Shown in pieces: positions 1-8,361 of a stretch of 14,297 bases of DNA. The stretch lies in NCBI GenBank assembly GCA_963977445.1, contig CAXBPH010000180.1, positions 1-14,297 on the forward strand, given 5' to 3'. The notes below the pieces were generated by a model. That model worked only from the letters and a program-made list of their open reading frames with translations, made no database searches and was not told where the DNA came from. Within the stretch, counting starts at the first letter, position 1. Each line of letters begins with the position of its first letter. Both the position numbers and the translations under genes were made by a program. Source of the DNA: an uncultured bacterium (GTDB taxonomy: Bacteria > Hydrogenedentota > Hydrogenedentia > Hydrogenedentales > JAEUWI01).

Positions 1-20
1 GAATACTCAAGGAGATACAC

Positions 21-428
21 TTAACGCACTGTCCAGAATCCGGGGTCCACTTCTCTGTTCATCGATTGCAACATGGATTTGCTGAAGGTTTTTACCAGGG
101 AGACTTGCACCGATTTGCTTCCAACCATGCGTTCGAATGCGTCGTCTGCCGCCAATGTTCCCAAAGCGGTTCTCATATTCTGCAGAAGTTTTTCGAGATA
201 GAGACCACCGTCGTTGATATCTTCGGCGTGCATGACGACGGAGTAGAGGCTTTCTACGTGGGTCGTCAGGATAAACTTTTCTCGCTGTGCCGTGAAGGAA
301 TTTGCATACCATCGGTAAAAGGATTCTCCAGATAAATCGGCAGGCCCGAGTTCGGGGATGTGGAGTTTCTTGCGAAGCTTTTCAGTAACATGAATAATCA
401 ATCGTTCATCCGTGCTGGGGTTGGTCAT
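21..428 (-). CDS. DUF6933-like hypothetical protein, possibly shortened at the C-terminus
   Basis: 135-aa ORF whose motif order (IIHVTEKLRKKL ... WYANSF ... KFILTTHVESLYSVV ... KTFSKSMLQSMN) matches my recollection of DUF6933 proteins. It lies 42 bp downstream of the KAP NTPase on the same strand. The start could instead be the TTG at 401, since GGAG sits only 1 nt from ATG 428. Confidence 0.6.
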   Translation of the reverse strand: MTNPSTDERLIIHVTEKLRKKLHIPELGPADLSGESFYRWYANSFTAQREKFILTTHVESLYSVVMHAEDINDGGLYLEKLLQNMRTALGTLAADDAFERMVGSKSVQVSLVKTFSKSMLQSMNREVDPGFWTVR

Positions 429-470
429 TCTCCGATAGGTTGGGGAACCCTACGGTAGCGAAAGGGCTTT

Positions 471-1985
471 CTAAAGATCAATAGAGCCAAGTAATTTTTC
501 TATAGACTGCTTCAACGGGGTGATGCTCATTACCGATTGGCTCCTTGCTTCGAAGAACTTATTCAGGAAGTGTTCTCGCTGCTCAAGGTTCATGTTGACC
601 ATTCTTTTGGAAAGATATTGACAATCAGCGGGGTCGACTTCTTTGTTTTTCAATCTGCTCATTTCCTCGAATACTTGAGGGCGATTCCTATAACTTTCCG
701 GCATACATTGGTATACGGTCACCGAAATCCAGCAAGAATTATGGAAGTTTGGATTGTAATCGTCGGGCCCGAAATTTCCATAATGATCTTCGATGTAATC
801 AAGCACCTCTTTTGCCCCAATCTTACCTTGCGTGTATTGGGAATACAGCTTGTGATTCTTCAATCGGAGTACAAGGAGGATCGACGTTAGCTCGGGCCAG
901 AGAGTGTGGGAAGTGTTAACATTTCTAATTGTAAATACATAGGCGCGGACAAGACTCTCCACGTCACGAAGCGATAGCTTTAACTGCTCACTCAAGAACG
1001 GGAGGAGATTTTCCACCATTCGGTACGAATTGACGTGAGCGTTTCCTCGGGTTCGTCCGTATTCATCCACACCGTGTTTTTGAAGCAATGCCGTGCAATA
1101 CACGCCGGCGTCCACGGCAGGAAGCGAAAACTCCATATCAAAAAACCGTCTGAGATATCCGTCGACGTCAATATTCCCATAAACTGACTTGACGGATGAG
1201 CCGAGTTGATTCCGATCGATTCCCAGCACAAAGATCATGTTGGGAATGCCAAACAGGTGCTTAATCCGTTCCAGTAGCTCGATAGCAAACGTTGGACGAC
1301 ACCGGTCGAGTTCATCAATGATGAAAACGAGTGGGCCGCCGGTCTTATTTCTTACCTCAATGGTGAGTTCGCTTAATGCCTTGCGAAGTTCTTCGCGACT
1401 CTTGCGACTTTCTTGGTATTCGTCGAACAGGCGACCACGTGCAGTCTTTGAATCATCAGATTTTGCGGCAGCCAGAACTTCGGAAATGGTATTGATGAAG
1501 TTCTTGGTAGAAGCTATTTCGTCCTCGGTTAAATTTAGAAATCCGCAAGTTAGTGCGCTAAGTCCTTTGAGCGCAAACTTTGTCGAGACTTTTTGAGCGG
1601 CTTCGACTACCAACTTTAATGGAGTTCGGTATTCTTTCTCGGTGAAATTTTCACAAAGTTGACCAATTATCGCGATCAGAGGATCATTACAATAGTCGTC
1701 TTCCCACGCGTTGAAGTAGATTGCTTTCAGTTTATCTATCGCAAGGTGCTTTTGCCACCGAGTCAAAAAATATGTTTTTCCTGTTCCCCAACTTCCATTT
1801 ACCGTGATCACGAGTGGATTTTTTTCAACACGAACCAGATTTGTCAACGCTTTTGCTACGTTTTCGCGACCTGCGTCGTCACCTTCCCATGGTTTTCCAG
1901 AATTGACTTCACGTGTTTCTAATTTGAAAGGGGGAAGCTCTTGCTCCGCAGTATTCGGATCGGTATCGATCGGATTTGTTGTCAT
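471..1985 (-). CDS. KAP-family P-loop NTPase (PifA/YobI-like), 504 aa
   Basis: Walker A GSWGTGKT, KAP motif YFNAWEDDY..DPL, Walker B LVFIIDELDRCRP..ELLERIKHLF, and late motif YLRRFFDMEFSLP. Start moved from TTG 2057 to ATG 1985 because GAGGGAG precedes it and 2052-2057 is the -35 of a good promoter. Confidence 0.93.
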   Translation of the reverse strand: MTTNPIDTDPNTAEQELPPFKLETREVNSGKPWEGDDAGRENVAKALTNLVRVEKNPLVITVNGSWGTGKTYFLTRWQKHLAIDKLKAIYFNAWEDDYCNDPLIAIIGQLCENFTEKEYRTPLKLVVEAAQKVSTKFALKGLSALTCGFLNLTEDEIASTKNFINTISEVLAAAKSDDSKTARGRLFDEYQESRKSREELRKALSELTIEVRNKTGGPLVFIIDELDRCRPTFAIELLERIKHLFGIPNMIFVLGIDRNQLGSSVKSVYGNIDVDGYLRRFFDMEFSLPAVDAGVYCTALLQKHGVDEYGRTRGNAHVNSYRMVENLLPFLSEQLKLSLRDVESLVRAYVFTIRNVNTSHTLWPELTSILLVLRLKNHKLYSQYTQGKIGAKEVLDYIEDHYGNFGPDDYNPNFHNSCWISVTVYQCMPESYRNRPQVFEEMSRLKNKEVDPADCQYLSKRMVNMNLEQREHFLNKFFEARSQSVMSITPLKQSIEKLLGSIDL

Positions 1986-2028
1986 GATGTTGCTCCCTCT
2001 GCCGTGTTTTTTGGTGTTGCCGAAGGAG

Positions 2029-2057
2029 AGTATACGGATTAGAGGATGTCGGGGCAA
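2029..2057 (-). promoter_or_regulatory. sigma70-like promoter of the KAP NTPase gene
   Basis: Minus strand reads TTGCCC (2057-2052), 17 nt, TATACT (2034-2029); 43 nt separate it from ATG 1985. Confidence 0.65.
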
Positions 2058-2239
2058 TCGGCGTACCTATACATTAGACTTCGCCGTTCACCCTAAGGGT
2101 GCCGCCCCCACACGGAAGAGCGCGGGACCCGGCTTAGAATCCATATTCGGGTGAATTTACTGCGGTACTGCAACTTACTATCCCAATCTAAGTAGGGGTG
2201 CATCCATTCAAGGGGCACGTAACATGATTGGGGTTATCA

Positions 2240-3079
2240 ATGGACGATATTCAGCGAGCGGTTCGGCTAAGACGAGCTTGGGCGATGGTGAGAGAGCGCG
2301 GCTTGGGTACTCGAACTGTTGCACGAGCGCGAAGTACAGCGGAGGCTCCGAGTTTCCTGAGGAGAGGCGGTGAAGGAGAGGCGAGGGCCGATAGTGTTGC
2401 GAGGGAAGTCGGTGCTGTTTTTCAAAAGGGGCAGAAGCACTTTCCACGTGCTTCCCTGGGGACGGCATTGGAAGCGGCCACAACGGAGGTGGCGGATTAC
2501 GGTCTGGAGGCCTGGGGCGCGCGTCTGGAGAAGGATCTGCGCGATGTTGTTCAATCGGCTGCTACGACATCCTTCGTGAGCGGTGCGGAGGCGGTTGACC
2601 TGTCTACGGCAGGAAGGGGATGGGCGAATGACTACTGTGGGGAATTGGGGCGAGCGGCGACGGGTGGCGGGCAGAAAGCAGCTCGCGGGGCAGAGGAAGA
2701 AGTGCAATGGATGAACGCGGAGGTGTCGCAAATTGTTCAAAAGGGTGTGGACAAGTCGCTACGACCAGAAGACATAGTGGCGGAAGTCGATTTCCTGTTA
2801 GCGAGTACAGCCACGGGCCGTAGAGGCAAGCGAATTGCGTGGTCGGTAGTTTTTCGCTGGTGGCATGCCGGGCGAGACTGGCGCTATCGGCGAGAGGGAG
2901 CCACACATAAGATCTGGCATTTGAGTACTGGAGTTGATAACTGCCCCATTTGCCTGGGTAATGAAGACGCCGGTGAAATCGAAGCGGCACTAACTTTTCC
3001 GAGCGGACATAGCCACCCTTTGGCGCACCCTTGGTGCCATTGCTGGAACGAGTATACGGGGCTTCCGAAGCGACGGTGA
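2240..3079 (+). CDS. Phage minor head/head morphogenesis protein (MuF / SPP1 gp7-like), 279 aa
   Basis: C-terminal signature K.W...NCPIC..NE..G.I...FPSG...PLAHPWCHC, a variant of the family's CxxC...HPNCRC motif, preceded by the helical segment RRGKRIAWSVVFRWWHAG. ATG 2240 is preceded by GGGGT; the ORF track starts at TTG 2228. Confidence 0.8.
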   Translation: MDDIQRAVRLRRAWAMVRERGLGTRTVARARSTAEAPSFLRRGGEGEARADSVAREVGAVFQKGQKHFPRASLGTALEAATTEVADYGLEAWGARLEKDLRDVVQSAATTSFVSGAEAVDLSTAGRGWANDYCGELGRAATGGGQKAARGAEEEVQWMNAEVSQIVQKGVDKSLRPEDIVAEVDFLLASTATGRRGKRIAWSVVFRWWHAGRDWRYRREGATHKIWHLSTGVDNCPICLGNEDAGEIEAALTFPSGHSHPLAHPWCHCWNEYTGLPKRR

Positions 3080-3147
3080 ACACCTGATCTGTGAAGTCGC
3101 GTCGGACCAAGCGAAATGCCTAACCGACGATCAGTTACGTTTTCGAG

Positions 3148-3966
3148 CTACCGGGCGTCTGTGGTGTTCGCGAGCACCAACGCCGCCGCCCGGGGGAACC
3201 AGCCGCTGTTCCAATGATGTTGGAGCACCGCAGTCTCTTCATAGATGTGGGGGAACGCTGCGCCGACGAGTTGCTGGTGCACCGTTTCCATCTTGTGGCC
3301 TTTCGGGCCCATGGAAAGGAGGATCACTCGGGGAGCCTTGCCCATAAAGGGTGACGCGTGATTGCGCAGCAGCTTGGGGAGGGCGTAGTCCTGAAAGTTC
3401 TCGTCCGTCCCGAAAATGTCGATCATGCCGAATTGGTCGGGGTGCACTTTGTCGAGGGGTGCGTCCCATGCGACGGCCTTGCCGAAGAGTTCGGGATGAC
3501 GAAGCAATAGGGACAGAGCCCCGTTACCCGATTTACTGAAGCCGAGGAGCAGTCGCCCAGCCGGGGATTCGTCGACGGGATAATGTTCCTCGACCCACGG
3601 TAAAACGGTCTCGATGAAGTGCCGTTCGTGTTGCAAGGTGGCGTCGGTGGGGTGGTTGCCAAACCAGGGCAAGGCGGTGAAGGTGGGGGCGACACAAATC
3701 ACCTGATAGGTATTGGCAATATCCCCTTTGGCCGCCTCGTCGAGTCCCGAACCGTAACGGTATTCCGTGCCGGGCTCTACGGGGAGGATGTAAAGGACCC
3801 GATAGGTCGTCGTTCTATCGAGACCATCCGGGGTGATGACAGAGAGCGTTGTTGGGCCTGATTGATGGGGGCTGTTGATGCTTTGGGTGACGATGGTAGT
3901 CGCAGCAAATGCTGGGGCCACCGCCAAAATGACGAATCCCGAAATCAGGGCGCGAAGATGAAACAT
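3148..3966 (-). CDS. Secreted alpha/beta-hydrolase (putative esterase family), 272 aa
   Basis: Nucleophile elbow GFSKSG, C-terminal His motif [15 protein letters not shown] strand, signal peptide [21 protein letters not shown], and AGGAGG RBS just upstream of ATG 3966. Confidence 0.85.
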   Translation of the reverse strand: MFHLRALISGFVILAVAPAFAATTIVTQSINSPHQSGPTTLSVITPDGLDRTTTYRVLYILPVEPGTEYRYGSGLDEAAKGDIANTYQVICVAPTFTALPWFGNHPTDATLQHERHFIETVLPWVEEHYPVDESPAGRLLLGFSKSGNGALSLLLRHPELFGKAVAWDAPLDKVHPDQFGMIDIFGTDENFQDYALPKLLRNHASPFMGKAPRVILLSMGPKGHKMETVHQQLVGAAFPHIYEETAVLQHHWNSGWFPRAAALVLANTTDAR

Positions 3967-4008
3967 GAGACCTCCTCTGCGATTCACCGGCTTAGTCTAC
4001 ACTCATTT

Positions 4009-4093
4009 GTCCCACAGCGCCACAGGCCCCACAGGCCCCACAGGTCCCACAGGTCCCACAGGTCCCACAGGTCCCACAGGTCCCACAGGTCCC
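4009..4093. repeat. 9-bp tandem repeat array (CCCACAGGY)
   Basis: Six exact CCCACAGGT units at 4037-4090, plus CCCACAGGC (4028-4036), GCCACAGGC (4019-4027) and a degenerate GTCCCACAGC (4009-4018). No spacers. Confidence 0.97.
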
Positions 4094-4134
4094 CATCGAC
4101 GCCGAGGCCATATGCCCAATCGCCCGCGCAATAC

Positions 4135-4167
4135 AAAAAGCCCGGGTCGCGCTGGGCGACCCGGGCT
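4135..4167 (-). terminator. Rho-independent terminator of aceBA
   Basis: Perfect 12-bp inverted repeat AGCCCGGGTCGC/GCGACCCGGGCT with a 5-nt loop, followed on the minus strand by TTTTTG, 26 nt after the aceA stop. Confidence 0.9.
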
Positions 4168-4193
4168 GTAATCAGTCAATCAGGTATTCGAGC

Positions 4194-5504
4194 TTAGTGG
4201 AACTGCTCGCTTTCCGTGGAGCCGCTCATGGCGGTCACGGAGGATTCACCATCGGAGACGGCGTTGGTGATGGCGTCGAAGAAGCCGGTGCCCACGAAGG
4301 CCTGGTGCTTAACGGCACCAAAGCCGAGTTCTTCCTGGCTGAATTCTTCCTGCTGCATTTCGACGAAGGCCGTCATCTGACGGTCTCTGTAGCCATTGGC
4401 GAGTTTCCACATGCCCAGGTTGAGGTTGTGGAAGCCGGCCAGGGTGATGAACTGGAACTTGTAACCCATGGCACCGAGTTCGTTCTGGAAACGGGCGATG
4501 TCGGCATCGCTGAGCTTGGATTTCCAGTTGAAGGAGGGCGAGCAGTTGTAGGCGAGCAGTTTGCCGGGGAATTCGGCATGAACGGCGTCGGCAAACTTCT
4601 GCGCGGCTTCCAGGCTGGGCGTGCTGGTTTCGCACCAGATGAGGTCGGCGAAGGGGGCATAGTTCAATGCACGCGCGATGGCCTGGTCGATGCCGGGCTT
4701 GGTGACATAGAAACCTTCGGAGGTGCGTTCACCCGTGCAGAAGGGCTTGTCGCGGTCGTCAATGTCGCTGGTCAAAAGACCGGCGGCATCGGCGTCGGTG
4801 CGAGCGATAAGCACGGTGGGCGTACCGGCCACGTCGGCGGCCAGACGGGCAGCGTGGAGCTTGGCGACGAATTCACGGCTGGGAACGAGCACTTTACCAC
4901 CGAGGTGGCCGCACTTCTTGGCGGAAGCCAGCTGGTCTTCGAAGTGCACACCAGCAGCACCGGCCTGAATCATCTGAAGCATCAATTCGTAGGCATTCAA
5001 CGGGCCACCAAAACCGGCTTCGGCGTCGGCCACGATGGGCTGGAAGTAGTCATGCTTCTTCACGCCACTGATGGTCTGAATCTGGTCGCGGCGGGAGAGG
5101 GCATTGTTAATGCGCTGCACGACAGCGGGCACGCTGTTGGAAGGATAGAGGCTCTGGTCGGGGTACATGGTGCAGGAAAGGTTGGCATCGCCTGCAACCT
5201 GCCAGCCGGAGAGGTAGATGGCGCGGAGGCCGGCTTCTACCTGCTGGATGGCCTGGTTACCCGTCAGGGCGCCGAGGGCGTTAACGTAGCCGTCGCCGGA
5301 CTCATTCACATAACCCCAAAGCTTTTCCGCCGTGGCTTTGGCTACGGAGTGTTCGGTCTTCATCGAGCCGCGCAGTTCGAGGACCTTCTGTGCGTCGTAG
5401 GGGCGGCTGATACCAGCGAATCGGTCGGATGCCCAAAGTTCATTGAGTTCCTTGATGTCGGCATCGCTGATCAGGGGGTTCTTCTTTTGTCCGTTGTTAC
5501 TCAT
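4194..5504 (-). CDS. aceA: Isocitrate lyase, 436 aa
   Basis: Catalytic [12 protein letters not shown], plus [54 protein letters not shown] and C-terminal STESEQF. AAGGA RBS upstream. Confidence 0.99.
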   Translation of the reverse strand: MSNNGQKKNPLISDADIKELNELWASDRFAGISRPYDAQKVLELRGSMKTEHSVAKATAEKLWGYVNESGDGYVNALGALTGNQAIQQVEAGLRAIYLSGWQVAGDANLSCTMYPDQSLYPSNSVPAVVQRINNALSRRDQIQTISGVKKHDYFQPIVADAEAGFGGPLNAYELMLQMIQAGAAGVHFEDQLASAKKCGHLGGKVLVPSREFVAKLHAARLAADVAGTPTVLIARTDADAAGLLTSDIDDRDKPFCTGERTSEGFYVTKPGIDQAIARALNYAPFADLIWCETSTPSLEAAQKFADAVHAEFPGKLLAYNCSPSFNWKSKLSDADIARFQNELGAMGYKFQFITLAGFHNLNLGMWKLANGYRDRQMTAFVEMQQEEFSQEELGFGAVKHQAFVGTGFFDAITNAVSDGESSVTAMSGSTESEQFH

Positions 5505-5598
5505 AATACGTGTTGTCCTTGTTTGCCTCGCGGCAGGTTTTGGTGCCTTGCTCCGCTATCGGAGTCGCCGGACCATCGTTCCGTTGTGGCCCTGCCAC

Positions 5599-7200
5599 TC
5601 AGTCCAATTGCTCATAGGCAGCGAGGGTGAGAAACTCGGCCAGATCCTCATTGGCCGTGAACTCATCAAAAAGCTTCGCTGCTTCTGAATACTTTCCATT
5701 GGTGAAGCGATCCCCACCAACTTCATCCTTAATCGCATCCATTTCCTCGGCCGCAATCGCGCGGACCAATTCCATGGTTACGGCACGGCCATCATTGAGG
5801 ACGGCCTTGCTGTTGTGTACCCATTGCCAGAGCTGGGTACGGGAGATCTCCGCCGTGGCGGCATCTTCCATGAGATTATAGAGGGGCACGCAACCCACGC
5901 CGCGCAACCAGGCTTCCAGATACTGGACGCCGACTTTGATGTTTTCGCGAATACCGTGCTCGGTGATTTCGCCCGTGGGAATGGCCAGCAGGTCTGCGGC
6001 GGTGGTTGTTACATCGTCGCGCTGCTTATCAATCTGGTTGGGCTTGTCGCCCAGTACCTTGTCGAATTCTTCCATGGCGATAGCCACCAACGCCGGGTGG
6101 GCTACCCAGGTGCCATCATGACCGTCTTCGGCTTCCCGCTTCTTATCGGTGTGCACCTTGGTCATGGCCGCGTTGTTCGCGGCTTCATCATTCTTAATCG
6201 GAATCTGGGCGGCCATACCGCCCATGGCGAAGGCACCCCGCTTGTGACAAGCCTTGATGCAGGCCAGTGAGTAGGCGCGCATGAAGGGGGTTGTCATACC
6301 AACCAATGCGCGGTCGGGTACGAGGAACTCTTCCTTCTTTGCGAATTTTTTGATGTAGCTGAAGATGTAATCCCAACGACCGCAATTGAGGCCACCGCTA
6401 TGGTGCCGCAGTTCGAAGAGGATTTCTTCCATCTGGAAGGCGGCGAGGATGTGCTCAATAAGCACCGTACCCTTCACCGTGCCTTGGGGAATGCCCAGCA
6501 GTTCCTGGGCCTTCACGAAGACATCGTTCCACAGGCGGGCTTCCAGATAGTGTTCCATCTTGGGTAGATAGAGATAGACGCCGCCGCCCTGATCCACACG
6601 ATATTGGGCATTGTGGAAGAAATACAGGGCGAAATCGAAAAGACTACCCGAAGCGCGCTCACCATCTACTAACACGTGCTTTTCAGAAAGGTGCCAGCCA
6701 CGGGGACGGACCATCAAAACAGCCGTCTTTTCTTTCAGGGCATAGGATTTGCCATTGGGGGCCGTGAAATCGATCTGGCGACGGAGGGCGTCACGCATGT
6801 TGACTTGGCCGTCAAGGGTCGCAGACCACGTGGGGCCATGGGAGTCTTCGAAGTCGGCCATATAGGTCTTGGCACCCGAATTAAGGGCGTTGATGACCAT
6901 CTTCCGGTCAACGGGGCCGGTGATTTCCACCCGGCGGTCCTGGAAATCTGCAGGTACGGGGTCAACTTTCCAGTCGCCACTGCGAATTTCGGTGGTTTCA
7001 GCGAAATAATCGGGCATTTCGCCCCGATCCAGTGCTGCTTGCCGTTCCTTGCGTTTCTCGAGCAACTCCAACCGTCTGGGGTTAAAGGCGCGGTGCAAGT
7101 CGGCGTAAAACGCTAACGCATCTTTCGTTAGGATTTCGGCCTGAGTGTCCGAAACGGGTCCCAGGAGTTCCAGGCCCTCGGGCACGTCGATTGATGCCAT
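5599..7200 (-). CDS. aceB: Malate synthase A, 533 aa
   Basis: DRRVEITGP, MADFEDS, VRPRGWHL, YLPKMEHYLEARLWN, GLNCGRWDYIFS, GHDGTWVAHP, LMEDAATAEISRTQLWQW. Start moved to ATG 7200 (AAAGGA RBS) from GTG 7242. Confidence 0.99.
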   Translation of the reverse strand: MASIDVPEGLELLGPVSDTQAEILTKDALAFYADLHRAFNPRRLELLEKRKERQAALDRGEMPDYFAETTEIRSGDWKVDPVPADFQDRRVEITGPVDRKMVINALNSGAKTYMADFEDSHGPTWSATLDGQVNMRDALRRQIDFTAPNGKSYALKEKTAVLMVRPRGWHLSEKHVLVDGERASGSLFDFALYFFHNAQYRVDQGGGVYLYLPKMEHYLEARLWNDVFVKAQELLGIPQGTVKGTVLIEHILAAFQMEEILFELRHHSGGLNCGRWDYIFSYIKKFAKKEEFLVPDRALVGMTTPFMRAYSLACIKACHKRGAFAMGGMAAQIPIKNDEAANNAAMTKVHTDKKREAEDGHDGTWVAHPALVAIAMEEFDKVLGDKPNQIDKQRDDVTTTAADLLAIPTGEITEHGIRENIKVGVQYLEAWLRGVGCVPLYNLMEDAATAEISRTQLWQWVHNSKAVLNDGRAVTMELVRAIAAEEMDAIKDEVGGDRFTNGKYSEAAKLFDEFTANEDLAEFLTLAAYEQLD

Positions 7201-7327
7201 CGGTAGCAATCCTTTCACTGTGGAAATGCGGAAGTTCGACACAAGGGCACCACCTGTGGGGCTTGCGTCGCAAATAATTCGGGGTTTTCCACGTCTCTCC
7301 GAGTCTCAGCAACGGTACCACCGGTTG

Positions 7328-7378
7328 TAAGTGTTTGACAAATCAGTTGTTTCAATGTTAATTATAGGTCTGGTTAAT
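7328..7378. promoter_or_regulatory. AT-rich divergent control region between aceB and lysR
   Basis: TTGACA on + (7335-7340), TATAAT on - (7366-7361, facing aceB, no good -35), a T-N11-A LysR-type box ATA-N9-AAT (7364-7378), and two near-consensus IHF sites (7328-7340 on -, 7341-7353 on +). Confidence 0.55.
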
Positions 7379-7449
7379 CCTTGGGCCTTGTTGGCTTGAG
7401 ATTTCTAATAGTCGCTGTGCCCGACCCCCTGGCACAGGAGAGAGAAAAC

Positions 7450-8361
7450 GTGCCGAAGAACGAATTCCGGTACAAGCAGAATCGCCTCCAGCAACTGCGC
7501 GGTTTTTGCTACGCCGCTGCCGATGGCAGTATATCAAAAGCGGCCGAACGCATGTTTTTGAGTCAGCCCTCTGTCTCTTTGCAGATTCAGGCGCTGGAGC
7601 GGGAACTGGACGTAACCGTGTTTGAGCGGCGAGGGCCCAAGATCAAGCTTACGCCCGACGGCGAGATGCTCTTTGAGCTCGCCATGCCGCTCGTGGAACG
7701 TATTGATCAGCTTCCCGACGAGTTTGAGTCCCGCAGGGGCAATGTGGAGCAGGGACGCATCGATCTGGCGGCCGGTTGGTCCACCATCCTCTATGTGCTT
7801 CCCGAATATGTGGAATTATTTCGGAAAGCCCACCCGAACATTGAATTGAAGCTTCACAATGTGACGGGTGCCGAGGGGCTGGCCCAGCTGCGTGCGGGCC
7901 ACGTAGATTTTGCCGTGGGTCCCCTGTTGCAGGCACCCGACGACATCATCTTCCATCCCATCGTTTCCTATGAGCCTTTGTTGATCACGGCCCTGGACCA
8001 TCCCCTGGCCAATGCAACCGAACTTTCCCTCGCCGCAATCAGTAAGCATGCCCTCATCCTGCCGCCCCGTCACCTGAGTACCTGGAGCACGGTGGACTCG
8101 GTCTTCAAGGCCCAAGGTCTGCCCTATGAGGTGGCCATGGAAGTGGGGGGCTGGGAAGTCATCAAGAAATATGTGGAACTCGGCCTGGGCATTTCCGTCG
8201 TCATGAGCATCTGCATCACGGGCGAAGAAAAGCTGGCAGTCATCCCGGCAGGCGAGTTTTTTCCCAACCGTACCTACGGTGTCGTCATGCGAAAGGGGAA
8301 GTTTCTTAGTCCCCAGGCCCGGCGCTTTATTGAGCTCATGTTGCCCGACGTAACGCTGTGA
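7450..8361 (+). CDS. LysR-family transcriptional regulator, 303 aa, probable regulator of aceBA
   Basis: HTH LQQLRGFCYAA..GSISKAAERMFLSQPSVSLQIQALERELDVTVFERRGPKIKLTPDG and a LysR substrate domain (EVIKKYVELGLGISV). GTG 7450 follows CAGGAGAGAG. Divergent from aceB. Confidence 0.95.
   Translation: MPKNEFRYKQNRLQQLRGFCYAAADGSISKAAERMFLSQPSVSLQIQALERELDVTVFERRGPKIKLTPDGEMLFELAMPLVERIDQLPDEFESRRGNVEQGRIDLAAGWSTILYVLPEYVELFRKAHPNIELKLHNVTGAEGLAQLRAGHVDFAVGPLLQAPDDIIFHPIVSYEPLLITALDHPLANATELSLAAISKHALILPPRHLSTWSTVDSVFKAQGLPYEVAMEVGGWEVIKKYVELGLGISVVMSICITGEEKLAVIPAGEFFPNRTYGVVMRKGKFLSPQARRFIELMLPDVTL

Noticed and set aside
3084..3134. Interrupted inverted repeat (CTGAT..CGTCGG / CCGACG-ATCAG) between the convergent MuF and esterase genes
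   Set aside because: Large bulge and loop with no adjacent U-tract; too weak to call a terminator.
1..3147. Prophage or integrative element
   Set aside because: Only one phage-like gene; no integrase, transposase, tRNA target or att-like direct repeats could be seen in the window.
4009..4093. Possible CRISPR array
   Set aside because: Units are 9 bp and directly adjacent, with no unique spacers and no cas genes.
3965..4171. 68-aa ORF with collagen-like (GPT)n, and the overlapping (HRS)n frame at 3862-4197
   Set aside because: Both are translations of the 9-bp DNA repeat. They overlap the esterase RBS and the aceA terminator, and the near absence of synonymous variation argues against protein-level selection.
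4197..5630. 477-aa ORF antisense to aceA
   Set aside because: It is in exact codon register with aceA on the opposite strand, the expected shadow of strong codon bias in a GC-rich gene, and has no recognisable motifs.
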